Below are positions 18,578 through 27,482 of a stretch of 64,000 nt of DNA, in pieces (positions within the stretch are counted from its first letter, which is position 1; every line of letters begins with the position of its first letter). Both the position numbers and the translations under genes were made by a program. Below the pieces are notes generated by a model. The model saw only the letters and a list, made by a program, of their open reading frames with translations. It had not been told where the DNA came from and did not search any database. Source of the stretch: an uncultured Pseudomonadota bacterium (lineage in GTDB: Bacteria; Oederibacteriota; Muellerivitia; Muellerivitales; Muellerivitaceae); the NCBI GenBank assembly GCA_963836235.1, contig CAWIIP010000005.1, positions 256,001-320,000 of the forward strand. Reading direction: 5' to 3'.

Positions 18578-20134
18578 TTAAAAAGCCCCGTAAGAGGTTC
18601 CCACCAAATCCACCTGGTTGCTGCCGTCCAGGTTCATCCGATAAATCTGGGGGGTCCCGTTCGGCACGCCGGAGCGGCCATAGGTGTAAAACAAAATGCT
18701 TCGGCTGTCCGGGGTATAGATCGGCATGAGGTCACCGTAGCCGTTGTTGGACAGGTTGGTGACGTTCGATCCGTCGGGGTTCATCACGTAGATCTGGTTC
18801 TTCCCCGTTCTTTGGGAATCAAAAGCGATATGCGTCCCGTCGATGGACCAGCAGGGTGACTCGTTGTTGTTGGTGGCGGTCAATTGCGCCTGGCCGCTGC
18901 CGTCCGGGTTCATCACCCAGATATCGTCCCCTTTGGCGAAGGCGATCTTGGTCCCGTCTGGCGACCAGGAAGGCTGGTCGTTAGTGTTGGGGTCGCTCGT
19001 CAATTGGGTCACGTTGGACCCGTCGGGGTTCATGGTGTATAGTTCGAACCAGCCGATGCCGGACCGGGAGGAGGAAAAACAAATTTTAGTACCGTCCGGC
19101 GACCAGCAAGGCCGGCGGTCCTGGTAAATGCCCGGATTGGTCAGCTGGGTTTGGTTACTTCCGTCCGCGTTCATCGTCCAGATGGCCCACCCTCCCACAA
19201 ACTCAGAATTCCAGACGATTTTCGTCTGACCCATGTTGAAACGGGGATCGATATCCACCCCACCATGGGCCGTCAATTGCACGGGATCGGACCCATCCGC
19301 GTTCATGACGACGATCCCGTCAGGACCTGGGAAGGCACCCTCAAAGACGATCTTATAAGTGGGAACCGGGGTTGGGGTATTGGTAGGGCTTAAGGTGACG
19401 GTGTTTGTCGCCGTGGTTGTGAGGGTGCCGCTGGGCGTCAAGGTCGGCGTGGCGGTGGCGGTCAAGGTGGCGCTGTTGGTGGGCGTCGGCGTGGCGGTCG
19501 CCACGCGGGTATTGGCGTTCACCCGGCGGATATTGGAGGTGGCGCAGGTCGTCCCCGTCGTAGTGTCGTAAACCTGCACCTTCAACTGCGTGGGGATGTT
19601 GGCGGTCAGGGCGATTTCCAGGCCCAGGGGCAGGGTGGAAACCGTTACGGTGGAGGGGATGGGGACAATCACGTTATTGTTGGCGTCCAATACCCGCAGG
19701 CCCACGGTCGTGGAGCTACAGCCGTTGGGCAGCTTTCCCCGAAGGGTGATATGGGCGTTCAGGGCCTGGTTCCCCGTCCCCGCGTTCAACAGGACTACCG
19801 AGTTGAAGCGGATTTTCAGAGGTGCGCAGGTGGTACAGCTGGGGGCCGCGTCGGCGACCGCCGAAGCCGTTTCCGAGGGTGAGGAGGTGAGGGCCAAATC
19901 CTGTAAGTCCTCATCCGTCAAAAGATCGGAATCGTCCTCGATGGTCGGAGTTTCATGGGCCGGTGAACCGGACGGGGTCAGCGAGGGACTGGGAAAGCCG
20001 GAAGCGTTCGTCACCGGCGCGACCATGGCGGAAGTCGCGGCCGTGGGCTGGCTGGAGCTGGAGCTGTTGGAACAGGAAATGGCGGCAATGGTTCCCACCA
20101 GAATCAGCAATGGAATAAATATTTTTTTCAGCAT
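18578..20134 (-). CDS. Lipoprotein with Thr/Pro linker and TolB-like PD40 beta-propeller
   Basis: GGAGG RBS; lipobox AISC; repeated PxWSPDGTKIxF and MNPDGS. Confidence 0.88.
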   Translation of the reverse strand: MLKKIFIPLLILVGTIAAISCSNSSSSSQPTAATSAMVAPVTNASGFPSPSLTPSGSPAHETPTIEDDSDLLTDEDLQDLALTSSPSETASAVADAAPSCTTCAPLKIRFNSVVLLNAGTGNQALNAHITLRGKLPNGCSSTTVGLRVLDANNNVIVPIPSTVTVSTLPLGLEIALTANIPTQLKVQVYDTTTGTTCATSNIRRVNANTRVATATPTPTNSATLTATATPTLTPSGTLTTTATNTVTLSPTNTPTPVPTYKIVFEGAFPGPDGIVVMNADGSDPVQLTAHGGVDIDPRFNMGQTKIVWNSEFVGGWAIWTMNADGSNQTQLTNPGIYQDRRPCWSPDGTKICFSSSRSGIGWFELYTMNPDGSNVTQLTSDPNTNDQPSWSPDGTKIAFAKGDDIWVMNPDGSGQAQLTATNNNESPCWSIDGTHIAFDSQRTGKNQIYVMNPDGSNVTNLSNNGYGDLMPIYTPDSRSILFYTYGRSGVPNGTPQIYRMNLDGSNQVDLVGTSYGAF

Positions 20135-20274
20135 AAGGTCCTCCCTAGATAAAAATTTGAAGAGTCAAAATTATAATCCGGGCGCAAACAGACTCAAGTT
20201 AAATGGAAGTGAAGGAACCGAAAAAGGTTCAAAATCATTTCAAGAAACGTTTCAAGCCCTGGAGAATGAACCTT

Positions 20275-21004
20275 CTAATAACTAGCCGAAGCGACGTTAC
20301 TGGTGATCAGGTAGGAACTTGTCTGGGCTTCCGGAAAAGCGGCGGTGGAAAATTGGGAGATGTTCAGGTTGACTGCGTCGTTTCCCGCTCCCGGCGTCTC
20401 ATCGCTAAAAACGCTGTTGGCAATGATATAGGGGTTGCTGGACAAAACCGGGCCCAGATAGAGCTTGATCGAAGGGCTGTCTACATAAGCAAAACTGCGG
20501 TTCCCCACCCCGTTGGACCAGGAACAGGTCACCCCCGCCGAACCGCTCGAAGGCTGAACCACCGGGTTGGCAGCGATCCCGGTAATCGAGGCCGAATAGG
20601 TTGCCGAGCCGACCGATATCTGGAATTGATAGGCTTGCCACGCCGTGTAGGTGATGGGGCTGTTGGAAAAAAACTGGCCCGTGATGTAGGGCGCCCCCAA
20701 AAAGGTTACCGCCGACGAGTTGCTCAGGGGCCAGGGCACCGGGGTCAGGGGGATGGTGACGCCGTTGCTGAAGACTGTCACACTCGTGTTGGCTGTTCCC
20801 GTGGTGCCCGTGCTGTCCGAAACGATGGCGTCAACGATTTGGGTGGCTCCGTTTTCCACCAGGATGCCCACGATCACCGGGCCCGTGGGGTGGGTGTGGC
20901 GGTGTTTTCGGGGGGGCCGTCGGGCTGTTCTTTGCCGGACAGCCGAGGATGAAAAGAGTCGAACCCGTCAAAAGCCCCCATAGCCCCATCGCACAAAGTT
21001 TCAT
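20275..21004 (-). pseudogene. Lipoprotein gene frameshifted at homopolymer runs (or sequencing error)
   Basis: ATG 21004 gives a lipoprotein signal MKLCAMG...ILGC, out of frame with the 200-aa downstream ORF; break at G runs 20887-20916. Confidence 0.65.
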
Positions 21005-21232
21005 AGAACCACCTGATATGTCAGTTAAAATGACCGGTTCATTATAGGCCCAAAACCGGCCTCTTTTTCAAAACCGGCCTTTTTTTGGTAAAACCCTGAA
21101 AATCACTTAACCCGGCATCATCTTTCAACCTGATCTAAATCATGCTCTTCTGACCGTTGGATGCTTAGGATAATAGTGTCTTGGGGTAAATTCGCACCCC
21201 CGTAAAAAATCTAGCGACAAGGAAGAAGCTTC

Positions 21233-21505
21233 ATGAACCCTTGGAAAATTATCGCGGAAGAGGAAAAATCGTTTGCGGAAGGCCTTCGCCGACTCATCCT
21301 CCTTCGCAGCCCTCATCCCATGGATCCCTATAAGGTTTATGGCCTGGTCAAGCGCGCGGGTTCTTGGCTAGTGGTGGATAGGTTCCAAGTCCCCGGTACT
21401 ACCGGCACGGAGGCTCCCGATTGGGCCTTCCGTCAAGCTTGGCCACAATTTCTAGCCCACAAAGGCAAGGAACATGGTTTAGGTGTGTTGATGCACAAGT
21501 CATAA
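21233..21505 (+). CDS. Hypothetical protein
   Basis: AGGAAG RBS; 90-aa ORF. Confidence 0.6.
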   Translation: MNPWKIIAEEEKSFAEGLRRLILLRSPHPMDPYKVYGLVKRAGSWLVVDRFQVPGTTGTEAPDWAFRQAWPQFLAHKGKEHGLGVLMHKS

Positions 21506-21641
21506 AGCATCAACATCGTTATTTAATTCGAATAGCTTAAAAACATTCCAGAGTAAATAAGCCATTTTTTTTAGTTCCCTGCTTCTGTCGCAAATACCCC
21601 TTCCCATAATTTCTCGAAACCCAGTTTACGGAGACTGTCGA

Positions 21642-21836
21642 TTAACGGTCGTTTTTCTTGAGAAGTTTAATGACTTTTTCCAGAGGCACGGCCTTTTCGT
21701 TTTTTCGTTGGGCGATTGCCTTCAAATCCTGCAGGTCATCCTTCAATTTTTCGTAGAGCTCGTGGATCATCTGTATCCCTTTTTGTTTGCCCTTCTTCTC
21801 CCCGCGGTCTTCCGGGTTCGGCTCTTGAATTTTCAT
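21642..21836 (-). CDS. Antitoxin-like small protein, possibly degenerate
   Basis: YEKLKDDLQDLKAIAQRKNEKAVPLEKV resembles C-termini of RelB-like type II antitoxins; GGGAG RBS. Confidence 0.45.
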   Translation of the reverse strand: MKIQEPNPEDRGEKKGKQKGIQMIHELYEKLKDDLQDLKAIAQRKNEKAVPLEKVIKLLKKNDR

Positions 21837-22040
21837 TGAGTTCTCCCAGGCCGATCATATCAGAATCCATCTCTTACCGTAGGTCCGAACCCAAAACCTA
21901 AAGTGTCGAATGTTGGCCCGGCTTATCTTCCCCAATAAAGGAATAACTTTTCGCGTCAAGGATGACCGACGGGAGATCGTTCCCTCAATAAAAAAGCGCC
22001 CAACCCTTGGGCGCCCTTCTTAAGCGTTGTTCTTCGGCCT

Positions 22041-22674
22041 TTAACCCCTCAGGAGGACCACCGTGCGCCTTCTTTTTCTCAGGGACCCCAAGCGGAATCG
22101 GCGCAGGTGGTATCCCAGGATCAAAGAGGGAACAGCCGAGGCCAGTGCGTAGAGGGCGACGGTCCAGGCGAGGCTACCACTTTCCGTTCCCTGCCAAAGG
22201 AGGGCCGCTCCGAAAACGAGGGAGAGAAGTCCGGCATAAAAAAGTGCCGGCCGACGGTCCCGATATTCGGTTCCCCGCAGACCCTGGTTCATCTCCATCA
22301 AACCTGACAGAATGGCCCAGGCGGCAATCCAATAAAGAAGGATCAAGATGGAAAGGCCGGGCCGCATCAAAGACAGGAGGCCCAAACCGATCGTCATCAT
22401 CCCTCCCCCGGCCAGTGCCCACCAGCGGTGGCCTTCGCCGAAGTCCTGAATCCCCTAGAAGGATAGAAAAAAGTCCCTCTAAAAAAGCGTAAAAGCCTAG
22501 CAAAAGAGCCAACATCACCATTAACTCGATGGGTCTGATCAGGCGAGAGAAACCAAATGTATCCCCATATCTTTCCCCGCTCCCCAAAAGCCACAGGGAG
22601 GCCAGCCCTAGGAACAGGCCCAGCGTCCCCCGGAGCATCAATATCCACCAAACCTTTGATGTTAAATGTCTCAT
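22041..22674 (-). pseudogene. HdeD/DUF308-family membrane protein with single frameshift (or sequencing error)
   Basis: WWILMLRG...GFYAFLEG in one frame continues as RWWAL...LLYWIAAWAILSGLME in another; junction near the C4 run 22452-22455. Confidence 0.7.
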
Positions 22675-22683
22675 GGCATCCTC

Positions 22684-23136
22684 CTAGTCTTCCCGCTCGT
22701 CCACCCCCACGAGAAAAATTTCCTCCACCCGATGGATGGCCGAGCGGAACTCGTCGAAGTCGGCCGGTTTCATCACATAATAATTGGCCCCCGCCTCATA
22801 GGCCTGCCGAACGTCCTCCTCCGACCGGGAGTTGGTCAGAATCACGACCGGGATATCCCGGAGCAAGGGATCGGCCTTGAGCTCCGCGAGAACATCAAAA
22901 CCGTTCTTCAGGGGCAAATTCAGGTCCAACAGGATCAGGTCGGGCCGATTGCTGGGCTTGAACCCGCCCTGCCCCCGCAGGTGGTCCATAACCTCATCCC
23001 CATTATTCAGGCTGACTAGCCAAATATGCCTCTTGGATGTTTTGAACGCTTCCATGACCAGGGCGGCGTCGGCCAGATTATCCTCGGCCAACAGGACTTT
23101 GATCAAACGCGGGATCGTTTCGGTGGGGGAAACCAT
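22684..23136 (-). CDS. Single-domain response regulator (CheY-like, Rcp1-type)
   Basis: VLLAEDN, PDLILLDLNLP, PVVILTNS, GANYYVMKP; AGGAGG RBS. Confidence 0.92.
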   Translation of the reverse strand: MVSPTETIPRLIKVLLAEDNLADAALVMEAFKTSKRHIWLVSLNNGDEVMDHLRGQGGFKPSNRPDLILLDLNLPLKNGFDVLAELKADPLLRDIPVVILTNSRSEEDVRQAYEAGANYYVMKPADFDEFRSAIHRVEEIFLVGVDERED

Positions 23137-23599
23137 AGGCCCTCCTGTGGGCAACCCATGAAAAAAGAAGGAAGACGGCGGAGTTGGGAGCCGGTTCGAA
23201 ACCGGATTCAGCTCGGGGTTGAAAAACGGCCGCCGGAAGATAAGAAACGTCCCCAAAGACGCGGCGGCTTTGGGACCTTTAGGAACGCGGAGGAATATCC
23301 CGTACGACAGGTGGCTCCCGCCCTGTGAGGTATTCCCGCCCATTAAGTCTTGACTTTATTTTACCTCCAATTCGAACAAAGGGAATCCAAGTAAAACGGA
23401 TTTTTCCGGAAATCTTTTACCTAGAAATGGGGGAAAGTCTTGCGAACGATTTTAGGGAGGAATCTTTTTGTTCATTTCGTCCCCGCCACGAAAAGCACCA
23501 CGCGAAAAAGTGCCGCTTCTTTTCTTCCGCCCCTTGGCTTACCCGGGACTTCTGCCTAGGTTTAATTAAAGAATTAAGAACGAGTAAAAGGAGGACGTT

Positions 23600-24271
23600 A
23601 TGACACTACGATTAGGAGACACCGCTCCGGATTTCAAACAAGTCTCCACCGAAGGAGCCATTCATTTCCACGAGTGGGCGAAAAATTCCTGGGTCGTGTT
23701 TTTTTCCCACCCGGCGGATTTCACCCCGGTCTGCACCACCGAACTGGGAATGACAGCGAAGCTTTCCCGCGAGTTCAAGAAAAGGGGCGTCAAGGTCCTG
23801 GGGATTTCAGTAGACCCCTTGAGTTCCCACCTGCAGTGGATCGCCGACATCAACGAGACCCAAGGGGTTAAGGTCGATTTCCCCATCCTGGCGGACAAGG
23901 AGCGCAAAGTGGCCGAGCTTTACGATATGGTGGACCCCCGCTTCATGGTCCATTCCACCGTCCGTTCGGTCTTCATCATCGACCCCGAAATGAAAATCCG
24001 GGCCACGATCACCTACCCGGCCAGTACGGGTCGCAATTTCGATGAAATCCTGCGGGTGATCGACTCGCTCCAATTGACGGACAACTTCAAGGTGGCCACC
24101 CCGGTCAATTGGAAACCGGGCGACGAGGTCGTGATCCTGCCCACCCTGCAGGACGAAGCTGAGCTCAAACGGCGCTTTCCCAATGGCTATCGGACTGTCC
24201 GTCCTTATCTGCGGATGACCGCCGATCCAAAAGCGAGGATCCCCGAACCCACTATGCGGGGGGCGGTTTGA
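23600..24271 (+). CDS. 1-Cys peroxiredoxin (Prx6)
   Basis: FSHPADFTPVCTTE, YPASTGRNFDEILR, ATPVNW. Confidence 0.95.
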   Translation: MTLRLGDTAPDFKQVSTEGAIHFHEWAKNSWVVFFSHPADFTPVCTTELGMTAKLSREFKKRGVKVLGISVDPLSSHLQWIADINETQGVKVDFPILADKERKVAELYDMVDPRFMVHSTVRSVFIIDPEMKIRATITYPASTGRNFDEILRVIDSLQLTDNFKVATPVNWKPGDEVVILPTLQDEAELKRRFPNGYRTVRPYLRMTADPKARIPEPTMRGAV

Positions 24272-24470
24272 TCCGGATGACGGAAGAGGGGGAAGGCGAT
24301 CGGGCCTCCCCCTCGAGGCGGAACCGGAGTGGAAACCGCCCATAGCTTCCATTCTTGGCTCTTTGGAGTCGTCCCAATAGGCTTGGGCGAGTTTAGGACG
24401 GCTTCAGCGCTAACCTTCCATTTTTCCGGCTGCTAACCGGTTTACTTTGAATTCGCCCTATTCCAAAAAA

Positions 24471-25100
24471 TTATTTACCCAGCCCGAGGATTTGGCGCGC
24501 ATAAAGCCCACCTTCCACCGTGTCCAACATGAATTTGGCCAAAGCCCGGAAGGACATTTTTAAGGCCGCCGGGGGAAGAGTGCCGACCTGTGCGCGGTAT
24601 TGCTCGTTCGCGCCTTTGGCCAGCCAGTTGGGCCGGGCAATGGTCCAGTCCAAGGGACTTTCGGTCACGGCCTTTTCCATTTGTTTTAAGTCCTCCATGT
24701 GGTGGCGGGCCAGAGCGCTTAAAAACCGGATGTAAAGATTCTGTCCCGGGAACAGTCCCGACGAGGAGAAGAGGACTAACTTTGAGACCTTCGCTTTTTC
24801 CATAGCCAAAAGGGTGTTGGCGGCGAATCGTTCCATGGTCCAGGTTCTCTTGTTTAAGGCGGTGAAGATTTCCCCGGGTTTGGGCCCTAGCGCCGAAAGC
24901 ACGGCGTCATGCCCTTCCATGGCCTCTGCCATTGCCTGAATATCCTCCGGGCTTCCCTGGAGGACATGGAGATCTTTATCCGAGGCCGTGATTTTTTCTG
25001 GCGACCGGACGAAAGCGGTAACCCGATGGCCTTGTTTCAAGGCCAGGTCCACCAGTTCCATTCCAGTTTTCCCCGTGGCGCCGATGACGAATAAACGCAT
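24471..25100 (-). CDS. NAD(P)H-binding oxidoreductase (BVR-B/flavin reductase-like SDR)
   Basis: VIGATGKTG Rossmann motif, VTAFVRSPEK, LDWTIARP. Confidence 0.88.
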   Translation of the reverse strand: MRLFVIGATGKTGMELVDLALKQGHRVTAFVRSPEKITASDKDLHVLQGSPEDIQAMAEAMEGHDAVLSALGPKPGEIFTALNKRTWTMERFAANTLLAMEKAKVSKLVLFSSSGLFPGQNLYIRFLSALARHHMEDLKQMEKAVTESPLDWTIARPNWLAKGANEQYRAQVGTLPPAALKMSFRALAKFMLDTVEGGLYARQILGLGK

Positions 25101-25280
25101 TGGTTGTTTCCTTCCCCGCGTAGTTTGACCCACTTTACCCGGGTTCAGCGCCTTAAAGTTGGATTTCAAGTTAAAGACGTGAAACACTTTGGCCCGTCAA
25201 GCCCGCCCCAGTTCCTTTGGGGCTCGACGAACGGGTTCCTGCGCGGATAACTTCACCCAAAGAGTCGGATTTGGCCCAGT

Positions 25281-25727
25281 TCAACTTGAAATCCGCAAGG
25301 TCGCCTCGCCCCTTTCTTCGTAGGCCTTGCGGAGTTTCTGGGCGATGGCGGGATTTTTCATGAGTAGGTTTTCGAAATTATGCTTCTCCAGGATGAAAAG
25401 CTCTGTGAGCATTTCCGCCACCACTGTGGCATTGCGGGGCGCGTTGGAGATCAGCGACATTTCGCCGAAATACTCGTCGGACCGCAGGCCCGCCACCCTC
25501 ACGCGGGTGGAACCCTTGTTTACCCAAACCGAAACCCGGCCGGAGGCGATGAGGTAAAAGGCGTCCCCGGGGGCGCCCTGCCGGATGATCTCGTAGCCCT
25601 TAAAGACCCGTACGGCGCGCAGGCAGGACATCAGTTTGTCCAGCTCCTTCGGGCCCATGTACTGCAGGAAATAGGCCTGCTGAAGCACGCGGCGAAGATG
25701 GCCGAAGATGGCGGAAGTGGGTTGCAT
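25281..25727 (-). CDS. Stand-alone cyclic nucleotide-binding domain protein
   Basis: IIRQGAPGDAFYLIASG, YFGEMSL, PRNATV. Confidence 0.9.
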   Translation of the reverse strand: MQPTSAIFGHLRRVLQQAYFLQYMGPKELDKLMSCLRAVRVFKGYEIIRQGAPGDAFYLIASGRVSVWVNKGSTRVRVAGLRSDEYFGEMSLISNAPRNATVVAEMLTELFILEKHNFENLLMKNPAIAQKLRKAYEERGEATLRISS

Positions 25728-25784
25728 AGGAACAGCCTCCAGGATGAATAAATCGAGGGACCAAGTTTATCCCTTTCATCATAA

Positions 25785-25994
25785 CTAAAAAAGATCTACA
25801 AGTTTTTTCAAAACATATAAGTCGAAAAAACCCCAAACCACCATATAAAGCCAAAAACCACCGGGGCTGGAACGCCGGTCCAGTCCAAAACCAAATCTAT
25901 CGCGAAAATAGCCCTGAGCCAGGGCAATTCCCATCTCGAAGATGATTCCTAGAAAGAGGGCCAGTAATAAAAACCTTTTGATCCAAAGTTTCAT
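25785..25994 (-). CDS. Small membrane protein
   Basis: 69 aa, two hydrophobic segments, in an operon-like string. Confidence 0.55.
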   Translation of the reverse strand: MKLWIKRFLLLALFLGIIFEMGIALAQGYFRDRFGFGLDRRSSPGGFWLYMVVWGFFDLYVLKKLVDLF

Positions 25995-26234
25995 TTAAAT
26001 GAAATGCCCCCAGATAGCGTAGGCCACTCCTAGCAATAAGAGGCCTAAAAGAATCCAAACGGTGGCGCTGATCCATGGCCGGGGACTAGAAAGAAGGCCC
26101 GGGCCGCTTTCGATACCCGAATCGGCATCTTCCTCCGCATCCCAGGCATCCGGCGCTTTCCAACCGCATTCAGGACAAGGCGCCCAGTCATAGGGTATTT
26201 CGGCCCCGCATTCCAAACAGGTGGTTTCGGCCAT
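25995..26234 (-). CDS. Zinc-ribbon membrane-anchored protein
   Basis: CxxC...CPxCG and a C-terminal TM helix. Confidence 0.7.
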   Translation of the reverse strand: MAETTCLECGAEIPYDWAPCPECGWKAPDAWDAEEDADSGIESGPGLLSSPRPWISATVWILLGLLLLGVAYAIWGHFI

Positions 26235-26243
26235 GGGAACCTT

Positions 26244-26537
26244 TTATTTAGCGGGCTTGTCGTTGGGGCGGCGGTAAATCTCGACCTTTTCCGGGGGATC
26301 GCCCTGCGTGGTTTCGGTCACGAATTCCCAGCCTTGGGCCTTGAGGGCCTTATCATCCACGGGGGACGTGAGATATTGGTAGAGGTATGGCATGCGGAAG
26401 GTCATGTATTCGTAAAGCCCGGCCATCCCCATGAGGAAAAGCAGAACGAGCAGAATGATTTCCAATTTGGAGACGCGGGGCTTTTCGGAGTCGGGGCCTA
26501 GGCGGGTGGGTATCTTAAGTTCTTCAAACATTTTCAT
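26244..26537 (-). CDS. Small single-pass membrane protein
   Basis: 97 aa with one TM helix; coding-like composition. Confidence 0.65.
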   Translation of the reverse strand: MKMFEELKIPTRLGPDSEKPRVSKLEIILLVLLFLMGMAGLYEYMTFRMPYLYQYLTSPVDDKALKAQGWEFVTETTQGDPPEKVEIYRRPNDKPAK

Positions 26538-26599
26538 TTTTCAAAAATTTGGTTTCCATCCCGGTGATTCCAGCGCCTTAACCCCCACGATTCAATCCC

Positions 26600-26780
26600 C
26601 ATCATTTCGCTCAAAGACAAACCTTCACAGGCCATTGCTTGTTCGGCTCGGGGATTCAGTTTCGCACATTCCTCTGAAAAAGACCTCTTTTTAAGGGCTT
26701 TGAATTTTTCCTGAAGCGCTTGGCGGACCACCTGGCTTCGACTTGAAAAATATTTTTTCTTTGCCCACCATTCGAGGATT
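26600..26780 (-). pseudogene. Remnant of an RHH/CopG antitoxin (MazF-partner type)
   Basis: YFSSRSQVVRQALQEK...ECAKLNPRAEQAMACEGL; no proper start and no toxin downstream; boundaries approximate. Confidence 0.5.
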
Positions 26781-26835
26781 TTCGGAATTTTTATCAGCGG
26801 AGACGTCTATTTTAACAGATGAGGTCACGGCTAAT

Positions 26836-27192
26836 TTAATTATTGAAGGCTTTACTCAAGGCGATTTCAACATTGGGATAGGCCTTTAAAATGGTACCGA
26901 ATTCCAGGGAAAGGTAGACTTCCAAAACCCCGGCGTTCATCCCCGCCAGAACCAAATCCCCTTCCTGCTCGCGGATCTGTTTGATCTCGCTGATAAAAAC
27001 GCCCCACCCCGCGCTGCCGATGTAATCCACGCCCTTCAAGTCGACGATCAGCTTGTATTTTTTATCCATCACCGCCGAAAGAAGTTTTTTCCGGAATTCG
27101 GGGGCCGTCAGGGTATCGATTTGGCCCTTCACGGAAAGAAGCGTGATATTTTTGTTTTCGGGATGGTAGGTAACGTCTATCGAGATTTTCAT
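26836..27192 (-). CDS. STAS-domain anti-sigma factor antagonist
   Basis: VKGQIDTLTAP, LIVDLKGVDYIGSAGWGVF, GDLVLA. Confidence 0.92.
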   Translation of the reverse strand: MKISIDVTYHPENKNITLLSVKGQIDTLTAPEFRKKLLSAVMDKKYKLIVDLKGVDYIGSAGWGVFISEIKQIREQEGDLVLAGMNAGVLEVYLSLEFGTILKAYPNVEIALSKAFNN

Positions 27193-27482
27193 GGAAGTTC
27201 CTCCGGCGGTTTAAACTGGAAATTCAGTTTAGGGTTTTTGAAAAGAAGAGTCACTAAATTCCCGGTAAGATTTTGGTAAACGAAATCATGGAATAAAATT
27301 TTCGAAGGAATGGAATTTGTGACACGGTAAACAGACAAAAGTGTTGAACCTCCAACCCCGAGAGGCCCGGTCCATGGTCCCTTAAGATTTTTTTGCGGAT
27401 AAAAAGAGACTGTGCTAAACGGAAGCGAAAAAAATATTCACCCACCATGACCGCGAAAGATCCAAACCAACGGAAGGGATAT

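Noticed and set aside
20741-20750. GGGGTCAGGG resembling the RAYT end motif (also GGGGTCCAA at 2186-2194)
   Set aside because: Matches of 9 bp or less, one inside a coding region; not distinguishable from chance.
24338-24347. GCCCATAGCT match to the tRNA 5' end
   Set aside because: 10 bp, on the host side of the tRNA; not consistent with an att site for the upstream element.
25146-25186. parS-like half site ACGTGAAACA
   Set aside because: Only one arm of the 16-bp parS palindrome matches.
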